From: Octopus vulgaris
Taxonomy: Eukaryota
DNA length: 64,000 nt
Assembly (NCBI GenBank): GCA_951406725.2
Contig: OX597814.1
Coordinates: forward strand, 109,492,001 to 109,556,000
Direction of reading: 5' to 3'
Both the position numbers and the translations under genes were made by a program. Each line of letters starts with the position of its first letter. Position 1 is the stretch's first letter. Under the pieces are notes generated by a model. The model had not been told where the DNA came from, ran no database searches, and saw only the letters and a program-made list of their open reading frames with translations. This document shows, one piece after another, positions 38,956-52,600 of this stretch.

Positions 38956-41900
38956 GTATATGTACAGATAGATCTTGGCATTGAAAACAAATTGTTTGAA
39001 AGGTGACAAATGAGCTCCACTAGATTGACTTGTGATTTTGTTTATCCTCTTTTAAGAAATTTCACCTCATTCCACCTGAGATGTTTAAAAAATAATTAAA
39101 AAAACAGAACCAGTTTATTATAAACGTAGCCTGGTTACCTTACATATTTGTGTACATTTAATTGTATGTATGCATGAATATAATTATGTGAAAATGCTAA
39201 TCTTCTCAACATGGGCAAATAAAATTCATGTGGATATAATTGTTTTGTTTTTTATTAAAGCATTTACTTAACCATTTGATGGTCTCCACTTCTTCCTCTC
39301 TCTCTCTCTCTCTCTCAATCTCCCCCCTATATGATAGGTTTTTGCCTATTTCTTTATTTTTCATGTAGAGAGCCTTCCTACTATGAACCAATAATGAAAT
39401 TTGCTTGCTATTATTAGCAAGCAGTTAATAAAATTACTAATTATATTCTTAGTTCATTTATTTCATCACCATCATCCATCTTTCATCTTGGCATGAGTTG
39501 AGAGGAGCTGGCAAGGCTGGAGAGCTACACCATGCTCCAATTGTTTGTTTCAGCATGGTTTCTATGGCTTGATACTCTTCCAAACACTAACCAATTTACA
39601 GTGTAGTGGGTGCTTTTTATGTGGCACCAGCACCAGTGGGGAGTCCAAGTAACTTGCATGACAAAGACCCTTCAGCTGAGAGAGGGAGATGGTTTTGTAC
39701 CACTGGAGAGGTTAAAGTATAAGGGATAGAAATAGGTGTCTTGCTATAGAGGAGATACTTGGCAAACCCAGTAAAAAAAAGAGATAGAGAGGATGTTAAG
39801 TACTTACTTTTTAGGATAAAGGCATTCAGCCATAGAAACCATGCCAAATTAGACTGGAGTCTGGTGCAGCCCCTCATCTTACCAGTCCAGGTAAAACCAT
39901 CCAACATATCTCAGCATGGACAATGGATGCTGAATGAAGTGTGTTCCAGTGCAAAAATAAGGCTCCCTCAATTGTACCATTTTTCACTGGGTTATAATTA
40001 ACAGGTATTTTTAGAAATACCCCTTTTCACTAGTTATGAACAAATGTTTCCAATACAAAAATAAGGCTTTCTTAATCATACCCCCTTTTCACTAGGGTCT
40101 AAGAAACCCTAGATTCTAATTCCTTTTGCTCACCTAGCTGTAAAGTTCATAAGACTTAAGCTATGATTTTGTTTCTTAAATGCAAGTCTTTGCCATCAAT
40201 GCATCTTGAAGCAAATTCACCTGTAAATAATACTTTATAATACATTAGTTTAAATAAGGCAGCAAGCTGACAAACGTTAGCACACCGGGCAAAATGCTTA
40301 GCGGTATTTTGTCTGCCGTTATGTTCTGAGTTCAAATTCTGCCGAGGTCGACTCTACCTTTCATCCTTTCCGGGGTCAATAAATTAAGTACCAGTTACAT
40401 ACAGGGGTCGATCTAATTGATTGCCCCTCCAAATTTCAGGCCTTGTGCCTAGAGTAGAAAAGAATTATGTTTGGATAGCAAGATAGCCGAGAGCTGCCCA
40501 TGGTGTTTAAACTCCGCATCTTCTGTAAATTGGACATGCTACTAGTTTTTCCTGAAATTAAATGATTTAATCTTCATCCTACTAATGAGAAAATATCTTT
40601 ACATTTACCACACAAATGTAGAAACATTGAGAAATATGTAAATAAGTCTTTATTAAGTCTTTTGTTACCATATTTATTTTGAGATGCTATGCGTTTCTTT
40701 CAATTAATTTTAAATATAAAGAATTTAGTAAAATAACTTAGTTATCATTAAGCTAGTGTTAGGAACATAAATTGTGACTAAGGTTTGGTGGACGATTTTA
40801 ATTCAAAACTTATGGAAACAAGACATTTGTACTACAGAGACAGTTTCAGCCGGGTTGGTAACGAAAGGGTTAATGATGTATCTTGATGCAAGTTCAGCTA
40901 TAAATAATGAGTTGCATCACATTGGATGTAAAAAAAAGGATCCTTTGGCTAGAAGGGCAAAAAGCTTCCTACAGGACTTCTATGTGCAACAAATTACACT
41001 AAAGTAATTTTTTCTGGTACCAGCCCATCTGACACTGCCCTTGGTCCTATGATAAAAACTAGTTGCTTTAAAATATTCTAAATTAAAACCTTTCATTATA
41101 ATGTTTGACATTGAAACCAAGGCTGTGTATTTCAACAGACATGGTTAGAAAAGAGTTAAGGGGAGATAATTTGGATGCAAGAGTAATCTGTAGCATGTCC
41201 ATCTGGGTTACAAATGATAAACGGTTCAAATTCTTGTCGACAGCTTTCTGCTGTTTTTATTTTTTATTTGTTTTTTTTTTTTATTACCATTAAAGGTTTC
41301 CTTCCAATGCATTAAAAGCTGTCATGTATAACTGAATTAGCATCGAAATATATGATTATCTTTCGTTTTTGGATGCACATCCATACATATAAACATGGTA
41401 CATAGTTGCATAACACACACACAAGGAGACAGAGGTGCATACATATACAAACATGCTAACATGGACATGCAAGCACATTAATATGTAGGATATGTACATA
41501 CAAATGCACACACACACATACATACATAAATGCATGCATGTATAGGCACACACATGCGCACAAACAAACAAAAGGGAACGCAGTGTAAATAACGGACAGT
41601 CAAAACTATTGAAAAGGTTGCAAGATGCAACGAAAATTTTAGGAAAATAAAAATAAGAAAACAAGTGGAAATTTTACCGGTGAGTTATATTTTAAGGCCC
41701 AAAAAGAAAATGACTCTTCCCAGACACAACAGAATATGATTATCATTTTACCATTCTTTTCCATGCTTGCATGTGAGTAACTTTTTAGTTGACGGAAACT
41801 TGAGAGAAGCCTGTAGATCTGCCTTTTCATCTGACCACTGAACCCTTGTTTTTTCTTCTCTCACAACCACATTTTCTTATTCATTCTCCTGAAGAAGGAC

Positions 41901-42455
41901 AGCCATCCAAAACATGAAAATTCTTTTCCTTCTTTTTAAAGATTAACCCTTTAGTGTTCAGACCAACTGAAAATAATTCCCCTTTATTTGTTTGAACCGG
42001 CCGTGTTTGATTCGTCTATGAAATTGCTTAAAAAATAAATCCCATTATTGAACTCTCGTAGCTTTGAGATAAAGCTTTTCCTGCCTTTATTCAAGTAAAG
42101 ATAGCATGGAATTTTTTAGCTTTCTTGGGTTTTTTTTCAACATTTCAAGAGAAGTGTCCATTCTTAGCTTTTAATGATTTGGCGTCAGCAAGCAGCGATT
42201 CCAACTTTGAGGGTTTTACTCTTGATGATGTACAAAATATAAATAAAAAAACAACAGCAATTTGTGTGACAAGGCTGGCCCCTTTGAAAAACAGGTACAA
42301 CAGAAACAGGAAGAAAGTTGTGGTGAAAGAGTACAGCAGGGTTCCCCCCCCCCCCGCCAGAGCCTTGAGGAGCTTGAGGGGTTTTCACTCAATAAACATT
42401 CACAACGTCCAGTCAGGGAATCCGAAACCACTAGGCCATTACACCTCCACACCTT

Positions 42456-42494
<39 letters not shown>

Positions 42495-43120
42495 AATGTA
42501 TGCTATTTCTAGCATGGAAAATGGACATTAAATGGTGAGGCTATATATATATATATATCATTCAATGTGTTGTCCATGCTGGCATGGGTTGGACAGTTTG
42601 ACCAGAGATGAAGGACTGCATCAGACTCCAGTCTGATTTGGCCTGGTTTCTACAGTTAGATGCCCTTCCTAATGTCAACCACTTTACAGAGTGTCTGCTG
42701 GGTGCTTCTTATGTGGTACCACAACAAGTGCTTCACACCATACATGTATGTGAACGTGACCGTAGCCAGTACCGCAACGACTGGCCTCCGTGCTGAGGGC
42801 ACGTAACAAACACCATCCGAGCGTGGCCGTTCGCCAGCCTCGTCTAGCACCTGTGTCGGTGACACATAAGAAAACACCATCCGAGCGTGGCCGTCTGCCA
42901 GCCTCGTCTGGCACCTGTGTCGGTGGCACATAAAATCACCCACTACACTCTCGGAGTGGTTGGCGTTAGGAAGGCATCCAGCTGTAGAAACACTGCCAGA
43001 TCTGACTGGCCTGGTGCAGCCTTCGGGCTTGCCAGACCCCAGTTGAACCATCCAACCCATGCTAGCATGGAAAGCGGACGTTAAACGATGATGATGATGA
43101 TGATGATTATATATATATAT

Positions 43121-43497
43121 ATGGCTGTGTGGCAAGAAGCTTGCTTCCCAAGCACATGGTTTCAGGTTCAGTCCCACTGTGTGGCACCTTGGGCAAGTGT
43201 CTTCTATAGCCTCAGGCTGACCAAAGTCTTGTGAATGGATTTGGTAGACGGAAACTGAAAGAAACCCGTCATGTATATATGTGTGTGTGTGTGTATTTGC
43301 GGGTGTTTTTCCCCCGCCCCCTGTCATCACCTGACCACCAATGTTGGTGTGTTTACATCCCCATAACTTAGCTGTTTGGCAAAAGAATCCAGTAGACTAC
43401 ATACTAGGCTTGCAAAGAATAAGTCCTGGTGTCGCTTTGTTCAACTAAAGGCTGTGCTCCAGCATGGCTGCAGTCACATGACTGAAACAAAAGAATT
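43121..43497 (+). mobile_element. tRNA-derived SINE family C (copies at 33668-33956, 50778-51110, 45311-45470, 52031-52160, 16975-17240 -, and others)
   Basis: tggctgtgtgg A box, ggttcagtccc B box, CORE-like caccttgggcaagtgtctt, internal (TG)n and a 3' ctccagcatggc...gactgaaacaa end. Confidence 0.82.
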
Positions 43498-45649
43498 AAA
43501 GAATATGTATGCATATAATACATATATGGAGACGCGTCTGTTGCTGTCTCCTTGTCCTGACTCTGCAAATGGATGTCACCATCATACAAGGAGTTGGCCT
43601 TCGTTTGCATTCTTCCATGGAAACATGTGTCTGGCCATGGAGGAAATATCCTCTTGCTAGAGAACAAGTGAAGCTTGTTGACAAGGACAAGCATTTAGCT
43701 ATAGAAAATCACCTTCAATGAATTCTGTCCAACCCATGCAAGCATGAAAAAGTGGATGTTAAAATGGTGATGTTGATGTTTATGATGAATCCAATAATAA
43801 TTAAAAAATTTTTTTTTTAATTCAAGGTGGCGAGCTGGCAGAAACGTTAGCACGCTGGGCAAAATGCTTAGCGGTATTTCATCTGCCGCTATGTTCTGAG
43901 TTCAAATTCTGCCGAGGTCGACTTTGCCTTTCATCCTTTAGGGGTCAATTAGAAAAGTACCAGTTACGCACTGGGGTCGATATAATCGACTTCATCCGTT
44001 TGTTTGTCCTCTCTGTGTTTAGCCCCTTGTAGGTAGTAAAGAAATAGGTATTTCGTCTGCTGCTACATTCTGAGTTCAAATCCCGTCGAGGTCGACTTTG
44101 CCTTTCATCCTTTCAGGGTCAATAAATTAAGTACCAGTTGCATACTGGAGTCATCTAATTGACTGGCCCCCTCCCCAAAATTTTCATGCCTAGAGTAGAA
44201 ACAAATATTTTTTTAATTTTGAAAACAATTCTGTCATCTATCAGATTTAAAAAATTTTTTAATTTTCAAATAATTCTGTCATCCATCAGACTCCCCTCTA
44301 CTCTCCCTCATCCTCACATTCCACATACCAACCATGCCCATCCAAACATCACTTGCTATTTCTAAACATCTCCCCTTACACTCTTATGGAACACCCCACT
44401 CTGTCCCTCCTGTACTACTCATATTACCCCTCATTGTTCCCTGAGGCCAGGCCCTCTCTCCCATCTACTTCTGTTTCCTTGTCCTACTGAAGTAGCCAAG
44501 GTATTTTCTCAATAATAAGAGGGCTACTTCTGTCCCTCTCTCATGCTCTAATCTCTTGGTTCCTCTCCTTGTCTTGTGAGCTCACAGGTGCTGGTCCCAC
44601 ATAAGAAGCACTCACTACATGGTGAAGTGGTTGGCATTAAGAAAGGCATCCATCCATAAAAACCTGGCCAAAACAGACATTTAGAGCCTGGTGTGACTCC
44701 TGGCCCTACCAGCTTCTTATTTCTTTATTGCCCACAAGGGGCTAAACATAGAGGGGACAAACAAAGACAGACAAAGGGATTAAGTTGATTACATCAGCCC
44801 CAGTGCGTAACTGGTACTTAATTTATAGACCCCAAGAGGATGAAAGGCAAAGTCAACTTCAGCGGAATTTGAACTCAGAACATAAAGACAGACAAAATAC
44901 CTATTTCTTTACTACCCACAAGGGGCTAAACACAGAGAGGACAAACAAGGACAGACAAAAGGATTAAGTCGATTATATCGACCCCAGTGTGTAACTGGTA
45001 CTTATTTAATCGCCCCCGAAAGGATGAAAGGCAAAGTTGACCTCAGCAGAATTTGTACTCAGTACGTAGCGGCAGACGAAATACCGCTAAGCATTTCGCC
45101 CGGCGCGCTTATGTTTCTGCCAGCTCGCCTTGGACAGTTTGACAGAAACTGGCCTTACCAGCTTCCGTCAAACTGTCTAACCCATGCTAGCATGGAAGAT
45201 GGATGTTAAACGATGATGGTGAATTTTTTTTCTTCCTATCATAGATTTGATATTATTGTAAAGACCAAAAAACATTCCATTTTCAATAACTACGGGGAGG
45301 CAGAGCAGCTATGGCTGTGTGGCTAAGAAGAAGCTTGCTTGGCAACCGCGTGGTTTCAGATTGTGCAACTGTGCCACACCATGGGAAAATGTCTTCTACC
45401 ATAGTCCTGAGCCAACCAATGCTTTCCATGTGGATTTGATAGGTGGAAACTGTGCGGAAGCCCATTATGTATCTATCTATATATCTGTGTATATATCATC
45501 ATCATTATCGTTTAACGTTCACTTTCCATGCTGGCAGGGGTTGGACGGTTTGATTGGAGGCTGATGAGCCAGAAGGCTGCACCAGGCTCCAATCTGATCT
45601 GATCTGGCAGAGTTCCTACAGCTGGATGTATATATATGTGTATATATAT

Positions 45650-48600
45650 CGGGGTCGGGGGCGTGGGTATACTTCTTGCGGAGAAATAAGTAGATAAGGT
45701 AATCGAGGTAGTCAGAGTAAGTGACAGAGTACTTAAAATTAGATTAGTGCTTCACCATAGGTCAGCTACCATTATCTCGGCATATGCCCCTCAACCAGGG
45801 CTACCGGAAGGACAGAAAGACCAATTCTACGACACCCTATTGCGGACTACCTCGTTGACAAATGACAGTGACCTTCTCTTCGTGGCAGTTGATTTCAATG
45901 GACATGTTGGACGGCATGTCGGGGGCTTCCATGGCGTTCATAGAGGCTACGGTTTTGGCTCTCGTAATGAGGAGGGAACCAGGCTGCTGGAGTTCTGCGA
46001 TGCAAATGACCTTATGGTCTGCAATACCAACTTTAGGAAACCCACCTCTCACCTAGTCACCTACCGTTCTGGCAGACACACTAGCCAGATTGACTACATC
46101 CTTGCCAGAAAAAGGGAAAGAGGGCTGCTTATAAATGCCAAAACCTTTCCAGGCGAAGAATGTACTCCTCAACATAGATTAGTAGTTAGCGACTTCAGGA
46201 TCAGAGCTAACTGGTTGCCCAGAAGAAGACCAGCTTGGAGGAGAAGGGTCTGGAAGCTTAAAGATCCTGCAAATGGACAGAGATTTAGAGACATACTACT
46301 CAAAGCCTTTGACGAAATAGAAGGGGATATAGCTTCACTTAATGTGGAAGACAACTGGAGATTTCTCCGGGACAATCTGCTGACAGCCACTGACCAGATC
46401 TGTGGATGGAGCAAAGTACCATCTCGACCCAGAGTAATGTGGTGGTGGAACACTGTGGTTGACAGGGCTATTAGACAAAAGAGACAGGCTTGGAAGGACT
46501 GGAAGAATGGTGGTAGCAGGGAATTGTATCAGACAGCCAGAAGGGAAGCTAGGAGACAGCCAGAGGGGAAGCGGATAAGAAAAAATTTGCCAATGTTCTG
46601 AGCCGTGAGGATGAAAGACTTGAGGTATTTCGTGTTGCAAGACAGTGTGTGAGAGAGAATTGTGATGTGGTAGGAGAGAAATGTGACCGCATGGATGATG
46701 GTTCACTTGCGCTAAATGAGGATGCAAAGAGAGAGGTTTGGAGATGCCACTATGAAAGGTTGCTGAATAAAGAAAATGAATGGGATAAAGAGAGTCTGCC
46801 GAATGTCAACCCAACAGAGGGACCAGCCATCCGAGTTGACAATTCTTTGGTAGTTGAAGCAATTAGAAGCATGAAGACAGGGAAAGCCCCAGGCCCATCA
46901 GGAATTACTGCAGAGATGCTCAAAATATCTGGCAGTGTCGGCTATAACCTAGTCACCCGTATAGTCAACCAGGTGATACACGAAGGAGTCATACCCAATG
47001 ACTGGTGTAGCAGCATACTAGTCAACTGCTACAAAGGTAAAGGTGACGCCCTAGATACAAATAATTACAGAGGTATCAAGCTGTTGGATCAGGTAATGAA
47101 GGTTATGGAGAGGGTCATAGCCCAACTAATTAGAGAGAGAGTTAGTTTAGATGAGATGCAGTTTGGGTTTGTGCCAGGGAAAAGTACCACTGATGCTATA
47201 TTCCTGGTAAGGCAGCTGCAGGAGAAATACCTAGCCAAAGATAAGCCCCTGTACCTGGCTTTCGTTGACATGGAGAAAGCCTTTGACAGGGTCCCCCGAT
47301 CCCTTATCTGGTGGTCAATGAGGAAACTAGGGATAGATGAAAGGCTGTTGAGGGCTGTGCAAGCCATGTACAGAGATGCCGTAAGTAAGGTTAGGGTTGG
47401 CAACATGTACACAGAAGAATTCAAAGTAGAGGTTGGGGTCCACCAGGGTTCAGTACTCAGCCCCTCCTATTTATCATAGTCCTCCAGGCAATTACGGAGG
47501 AATTCAAGACAGGTTGCCCCTGGGAGCTCCTCTATGCTGACGACCTTGCTCTAATTGCTGAGTCACTATCAGAACTGGAGGAGAAGTTCCAGGTGTGGAA
47601 GGAGGGTTTAGAATCGAGAGGCCTTAGAGTCAACCTAGCTAAAACCAAAGTACTAATAAGTAGGAAGGTAGACAATCCACAAATATCTTCAGGAAGATGG
47701 CCCTGCTCGATCTGTAGAAAAGGTGTAGGTAGAAACTCTACAAGATGTACCCAGTGTAAGCTATGGACACATAAGAGGTGCAGCAATGTCAAAGGTAGGC
47801 TAACTGGGAAGATAGTTTTTGTATGTGGCAGATGCTCGGGAGCATTAACCTCTGAAAATCTGCAGAAAACAACTTCCATCACTTTCCAGGGAAAAAAACT
47901 AGAAATAGTTGATAGCTTCCGGTATCTAGGTGACCAAGTCAGTAGTGGGGGTGGGTGCGTTGAAAGTGTAACTGCTAGAATAAGAATAGCCTGGGCAAAG
48001 TTTAGGGAGCTCTTACCTCTGCTGGTGACTAAAGGCCTCTCGCTCAGAGTAAAAGGCAGACTGTATGATGCATGTGTACGAACAGCCATGCTACATGGCA
48101 GTGAAACATGGGCCGTGACTGCTGAGGACATTCGTAAGCTCGTGAGGAATGAAGCCAGTATGCTCCGATGGATGTGTAATGTCAGTGTACATACTCGACA
48201 GAGCGTTAGTACCTTGAGAGAAATGTTGTACCTAAGAAGCATCAGTTGTGGTGTGCAAGAAAGACGATTGCGCTGGTATGGTCATGTGGCGAGAATGGAT
48301 GAAGATATGTAAAAGGACATAAAGACCTGTTGAGGCAAGCAAAGTTGATATCGAACCTCATCCGATGACAGGCACCCATGCCAACCCCCTTTGCTTGCGA
48401 AGACATGTTGGTGCAAGTGAAATCGAAATCGGAATTGAAATTGAACCAATCCTATGACTGGCACCCGGCAGATGCCAGGACTCCTGGACTGGTGGTACGT
48501 AAAAAGCACTATCCGAATCGTGGCCGATGCCAGCGCCGCCTCGACTGGCTTCCGTGCCGGTGGCACGTAAAATGCACCAATCCGACCGTGACCGTTGCCA

Positions 48601-48800
48601 GCCTCGCCTGGTACCTGTGCGGGTGGCATGTAAAAAGCACCCACTACACTCACGGAGTGGTTGGTGTTAGGAAGGGCATCCAGCTGTAGAAACATTGCCA
48701 GATAAGACTGGAGCCTGGTGCAGCCTTCTGGCTTCCCAAATCCCCGGTCAAACCGTCCAACCCATGCTAGCATGGAGAACGGACGTTAAACGATGATGAT
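45650..48800 (+). mobile_element. 5'-truncated, decayed RTE-clade LINE (partial APE endonuclease, RT, PHD finger, 3'UTR, (GAT)n tail)
   Basis: ORF pieces show SAYAPQ, DFNGHVG, QIDYIL and QHRLV (APE); NYRGIKLL, FVDMEKAFDRV, GVHQGSVLSP and LLYADD at ~47533 (RT); then FRYLG and LRWYGHV. There is a stop at ~45688, frameshifts at ~46560 and ~47462, and a deletion after 48307. Confidence 0.95.
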
Positions 48801-48812
48801 GATATATATATA

Positions 48813-48844
<32 letters not shown>

Positions 48845-48845
<1 letters not shown>

Positions 48846-49675
48846 CATCATCATCATCGTTTAACGTCCGCTTTCCATGCTAGCATGGGTTGGACGGTTC
48901 AACTGGGGTCTGGGGAGCCCTAAGGCTGCACCAGGCCAGTCAGATCTGGCAGTGTTTCAACAGCTGGATGCCCTTCCTAACGCCAACCACTCCGAGTGTA
49001 GTGGGTGATTTTATGTGCCACTGACACAGGTGCCAGACGAGGCTGGCGAACAGCCACGCTCGGATGGTGTTTTTTATGTGCCACCGACACAGGTGCCAGA
49101 CGAGGCTGGCAGACGGCCACGCTCGGATGGTGTTTTTTATGTGCCACCGATACAGGTGCCAGACGAGTCTGGCGAACAGCCACGATCGGATGGTGTTTGT
49201 TACGTGCCCACAGCACGGAGGCCAGTTGATGCGGTACTGGCTACGGCCACGTTCGGATGGTTTTCTTATGTGCCACAAACATACAAATTCCATTGATGTT
49301 CATCTATTTTGATTTGGTTTGATTTGATTTTCACTTGCCTCAACAGGTCTTCACAAGTGTCACAAGAAGGAAGGTATGCACAGGTGGACTGACTACGTCC
49401 CAGGTAGGGGCCACGGGTTATGGCTTCACTAGTCTTGCCGGGTCTTCTCACGCACAGCATACTTCCATAGGTCTCGGTCTCTAGTCATTTCCATGGTGAG
49501 ACCTAAAGTTCAAAGGTCATGCTTCACCACCTCGTCCCAGGTTTTCCTGGGTCTACCTCTTCCACGGGTTCCCTCAACTGCTAGGGATTGGCACTTTCTC
49601 ACACACCTATCTTCATCCATTCTCGCCACATGACCATACCAGCGCAATCGTCTCTCTTGCACACCACAACTGATG
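48845..49675 (-). mobile_element. RTE LINE 3' end (C-terminal ORF plus 3'UTR), tail-to-tail with the long copy
   Basis: Encodes ISCGVQERRLRWYGHVARMDED...GRGRPRKTWDEVVKHDL. (CAT)n tail at 48845. Confidence 0.9.
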
Positions 49676-52600
49676 CATATATATATATATATATGTATAT
49701 ATATGTATATATATGTATGTATATATATATATATATATATATTTATGCGTGTTGTATTGTGTGTTGTTTGGCTAGATCCTTCAAGGCAGTGCCCCAGCAT
49801 GGTCTCAGTCCGATAACTGAAACGAGTAAAAGAACAAAAAAATTATATATGAGACGGATAATTGGCGTAAGCATCATGTTCCAGCGACCAGATGAGCTGG
49901 CTTTCTTAATCTGCATTGGTTTGTAAATACACAATTATATTGTGCAACGTGAGTCATGTACATTGGCGCAGACATGTAAAATAATATATTGTACATTGAA
50001 ATTATCATTACATGAAGAAGGCTGCAAAATGGCTGTTTATCCTAAATATGTCAAGTGGTTAAATAATGTATATGGCTGAAGCGGGAAGACCAAAAATGGC
50101 TTGAAAGTCATAACATGCCAACAGGAAAATAACATCACTAGGTGAGACAAGCTGACACTGAATTAGCTTCACTGATTGACAGGTGATGGTCTCGTTTAGA
50201 GAATGCATGGGCTAAGACTACGCGCCTTCATTGGTCAGTTAAAGTTGAGACAGTGTTACGTGACAACATGCTGGGGCTGCCTGCTGGAGCCTAGCAGCGG
50301 GTATTTAAAGGGAAATTTGACAAGACAGTCAGTCGCTCGCTGACAATACATCGAAGAGGCCAGGGAACAGAAGAAAGAAGGAGAAAGAAGACATGCACCC
50401 AATACCAGAGCTGAAGACACCTCCGAAAGTGGGGAGCTCCGCCACGTCAAAATGGTAGAGGAGTAGGAGCTGAAACCAGACGTGGTTCCTCCTGATGATG
50501 TCTTGAGCTAACTGGATCCTATAAAGGAGCTGTTGTGGAAGCAGACCACGAAACACGGTTAAAATTCTTCTTCATGTCTCATCCCTGCTGACTTTTTATG
50601 GTTTATATATACATCATGCAATAATTTCAGTGACTGGATCTCCTGGATTTCAGCTGCATGGACACTCTGCATTACACTATGGTTACTGTGTGATCTGATA
50701 GCCATGTCTATTAGAGGAGTTTTCTGTGATAATCACATGATTCTATGAATCCATATATTATACTACAAACATATAAGAAGCTTTCTTCTCAACTGCATGG
50801 TTCTGGGTTCAATCCCACTGCATAGCACCTTGGGCAAGTGTCTTCTATAGCCTCAGGCTGACCAAAGCCTTGTGAGTGGATTTGGTAGACAGAAACTGAA
50901 AGAAGTCCATTGTGTATTTATGCATGTATGTGTGTCTTTATATCTGTGTTTACCCCTGCCACTGCTTGACATCTGGTATTGGTGTGTTACATTCCCGTAA
51001 CTTAGCAGTTTGGCAAGAGAGACTGATAGAATAAGTACCAGGCTTAAAAATTTGACTAAAGTTCCTCAAGATGGTGCCCCAGCATGGCCAGTCTAATGAT
51101 TGAAACAAGAAAAAAGGAAATAAAAATAAACCAAATATATAACATTCAGAAATATTTTATATTTTCAATAAATATAAGAAATCAACATTTTTAAGACATG
51201 GCAGGGTTTTTTTGTTTTTTTTCCCAAACATTTTTAGTAATATTGTTTTTATTATAAAAATACACAAAATACTGAAAAAATTTAGCACCTCAAAAGTCAC
51301 AGCAACATTTCGAATCAAGCAATGATGTTTACAAAAATATCTCATAATAAAATAGCTTTTGGATAGGTTTAATGGTTGTGGAAACTGGAAAGCAATTTTC
51401 AAGCAAATAATATAAAAAACAAAAATATTGAGACAGAAAGTTTGGTTAAAAGGACAAAATGGCAGTGAGGTGTTGGATTACTGATTGTGGAGTAAAGTGG
51501 GACCATAAGCTAGATATAGTGAGTGAAAATATTAGGATTAACCTTAGTGGTAAGATGAAGGCATTATTTAAACGACTTATTATGAAAAGGAAGGAGAAAC
51601 AACCTATAATCTATGAATACGCTAAGGCCAAATGTGTGACACTGTTGTATGGTCAGTTCAAAGGAGAGAAGAGTGCTAGTGGTGAGAGTGAAAAGAAAAG
51701 GATTGTTATGTGTGTGTTTACTGAAGGGAACATTATCATCATCATTTAACGTCCGTTTTCCATGCTAGCATGGGTTGGACGGTTCGACTGGGGTCTGGTA
51801 AGCCATGGAGGCTGCACCAGGCTCCAGTCTGGTTTGGCAGTGTTTCTACAGCTGGATGCCCTTCATAACGCCAACCACTCTAAGAGTGTAGTGGGTGCTT
51901 TTTACGTGCCACCAGCACAGGGGCCAGACGAGGCTGGCAAACGACCACAATCGGTTGGTGCTTTTTACGTGTCACCGGCACAGGTGTCTTAACTACAATT
52001 TCCAGTAGAAAATGATGTAACTGTCAACATACTTAGCGGTTTGGCAAAAGAGACCAATAAAATAAGTACTGGGCTTACAAAAGAATAAGTCCCAGGGTCG
52101 AGTTGCTCAATTAAAGGTGGTGCTCCAGCATGGCCGCAGTCAAATGACTGAAACAAGTAAAAATGTAAAAGAGTAAAAGAGAATACATCACGATACATCA
52201 GCATATTTCAAATAACATGTCTGTACACTGACATGATTTTAAACATTGTACAAAAGAATATTATGACAGACAATAAAACCAAAAGTTCGTTGTTAGAGGT
52301 TTTAATGTTCTAACATTTAAAAATCAAATGCTTCAGAAAAAAATACAATTCTATTTTACAATTCCATATAAACCATGGAATTTCCATTGTTACAGCTAAT
52401 AGTTAAATTATTTGAGGGATTATATCTGAAGACTTCATAGAATTAAATATTATCATTTAATGTCTGTCTTCTATGCTAGCATAAGTTTGACAGAATCTGA
52501 TGGGTCCAAGGACTACATCAAGCTCCACTGTCTATTTGGGGATGGTTTCTAAGGCCGCATGTCCTCCTGACACTATTTTTACAGGTGGGTGCTTTTTCTC

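Noticed and set aside
45747-48312. Active, intact LINE
   Set aside because: It is 5'-truncated, with a premature stop, two frameshifts and a 3' deletion.
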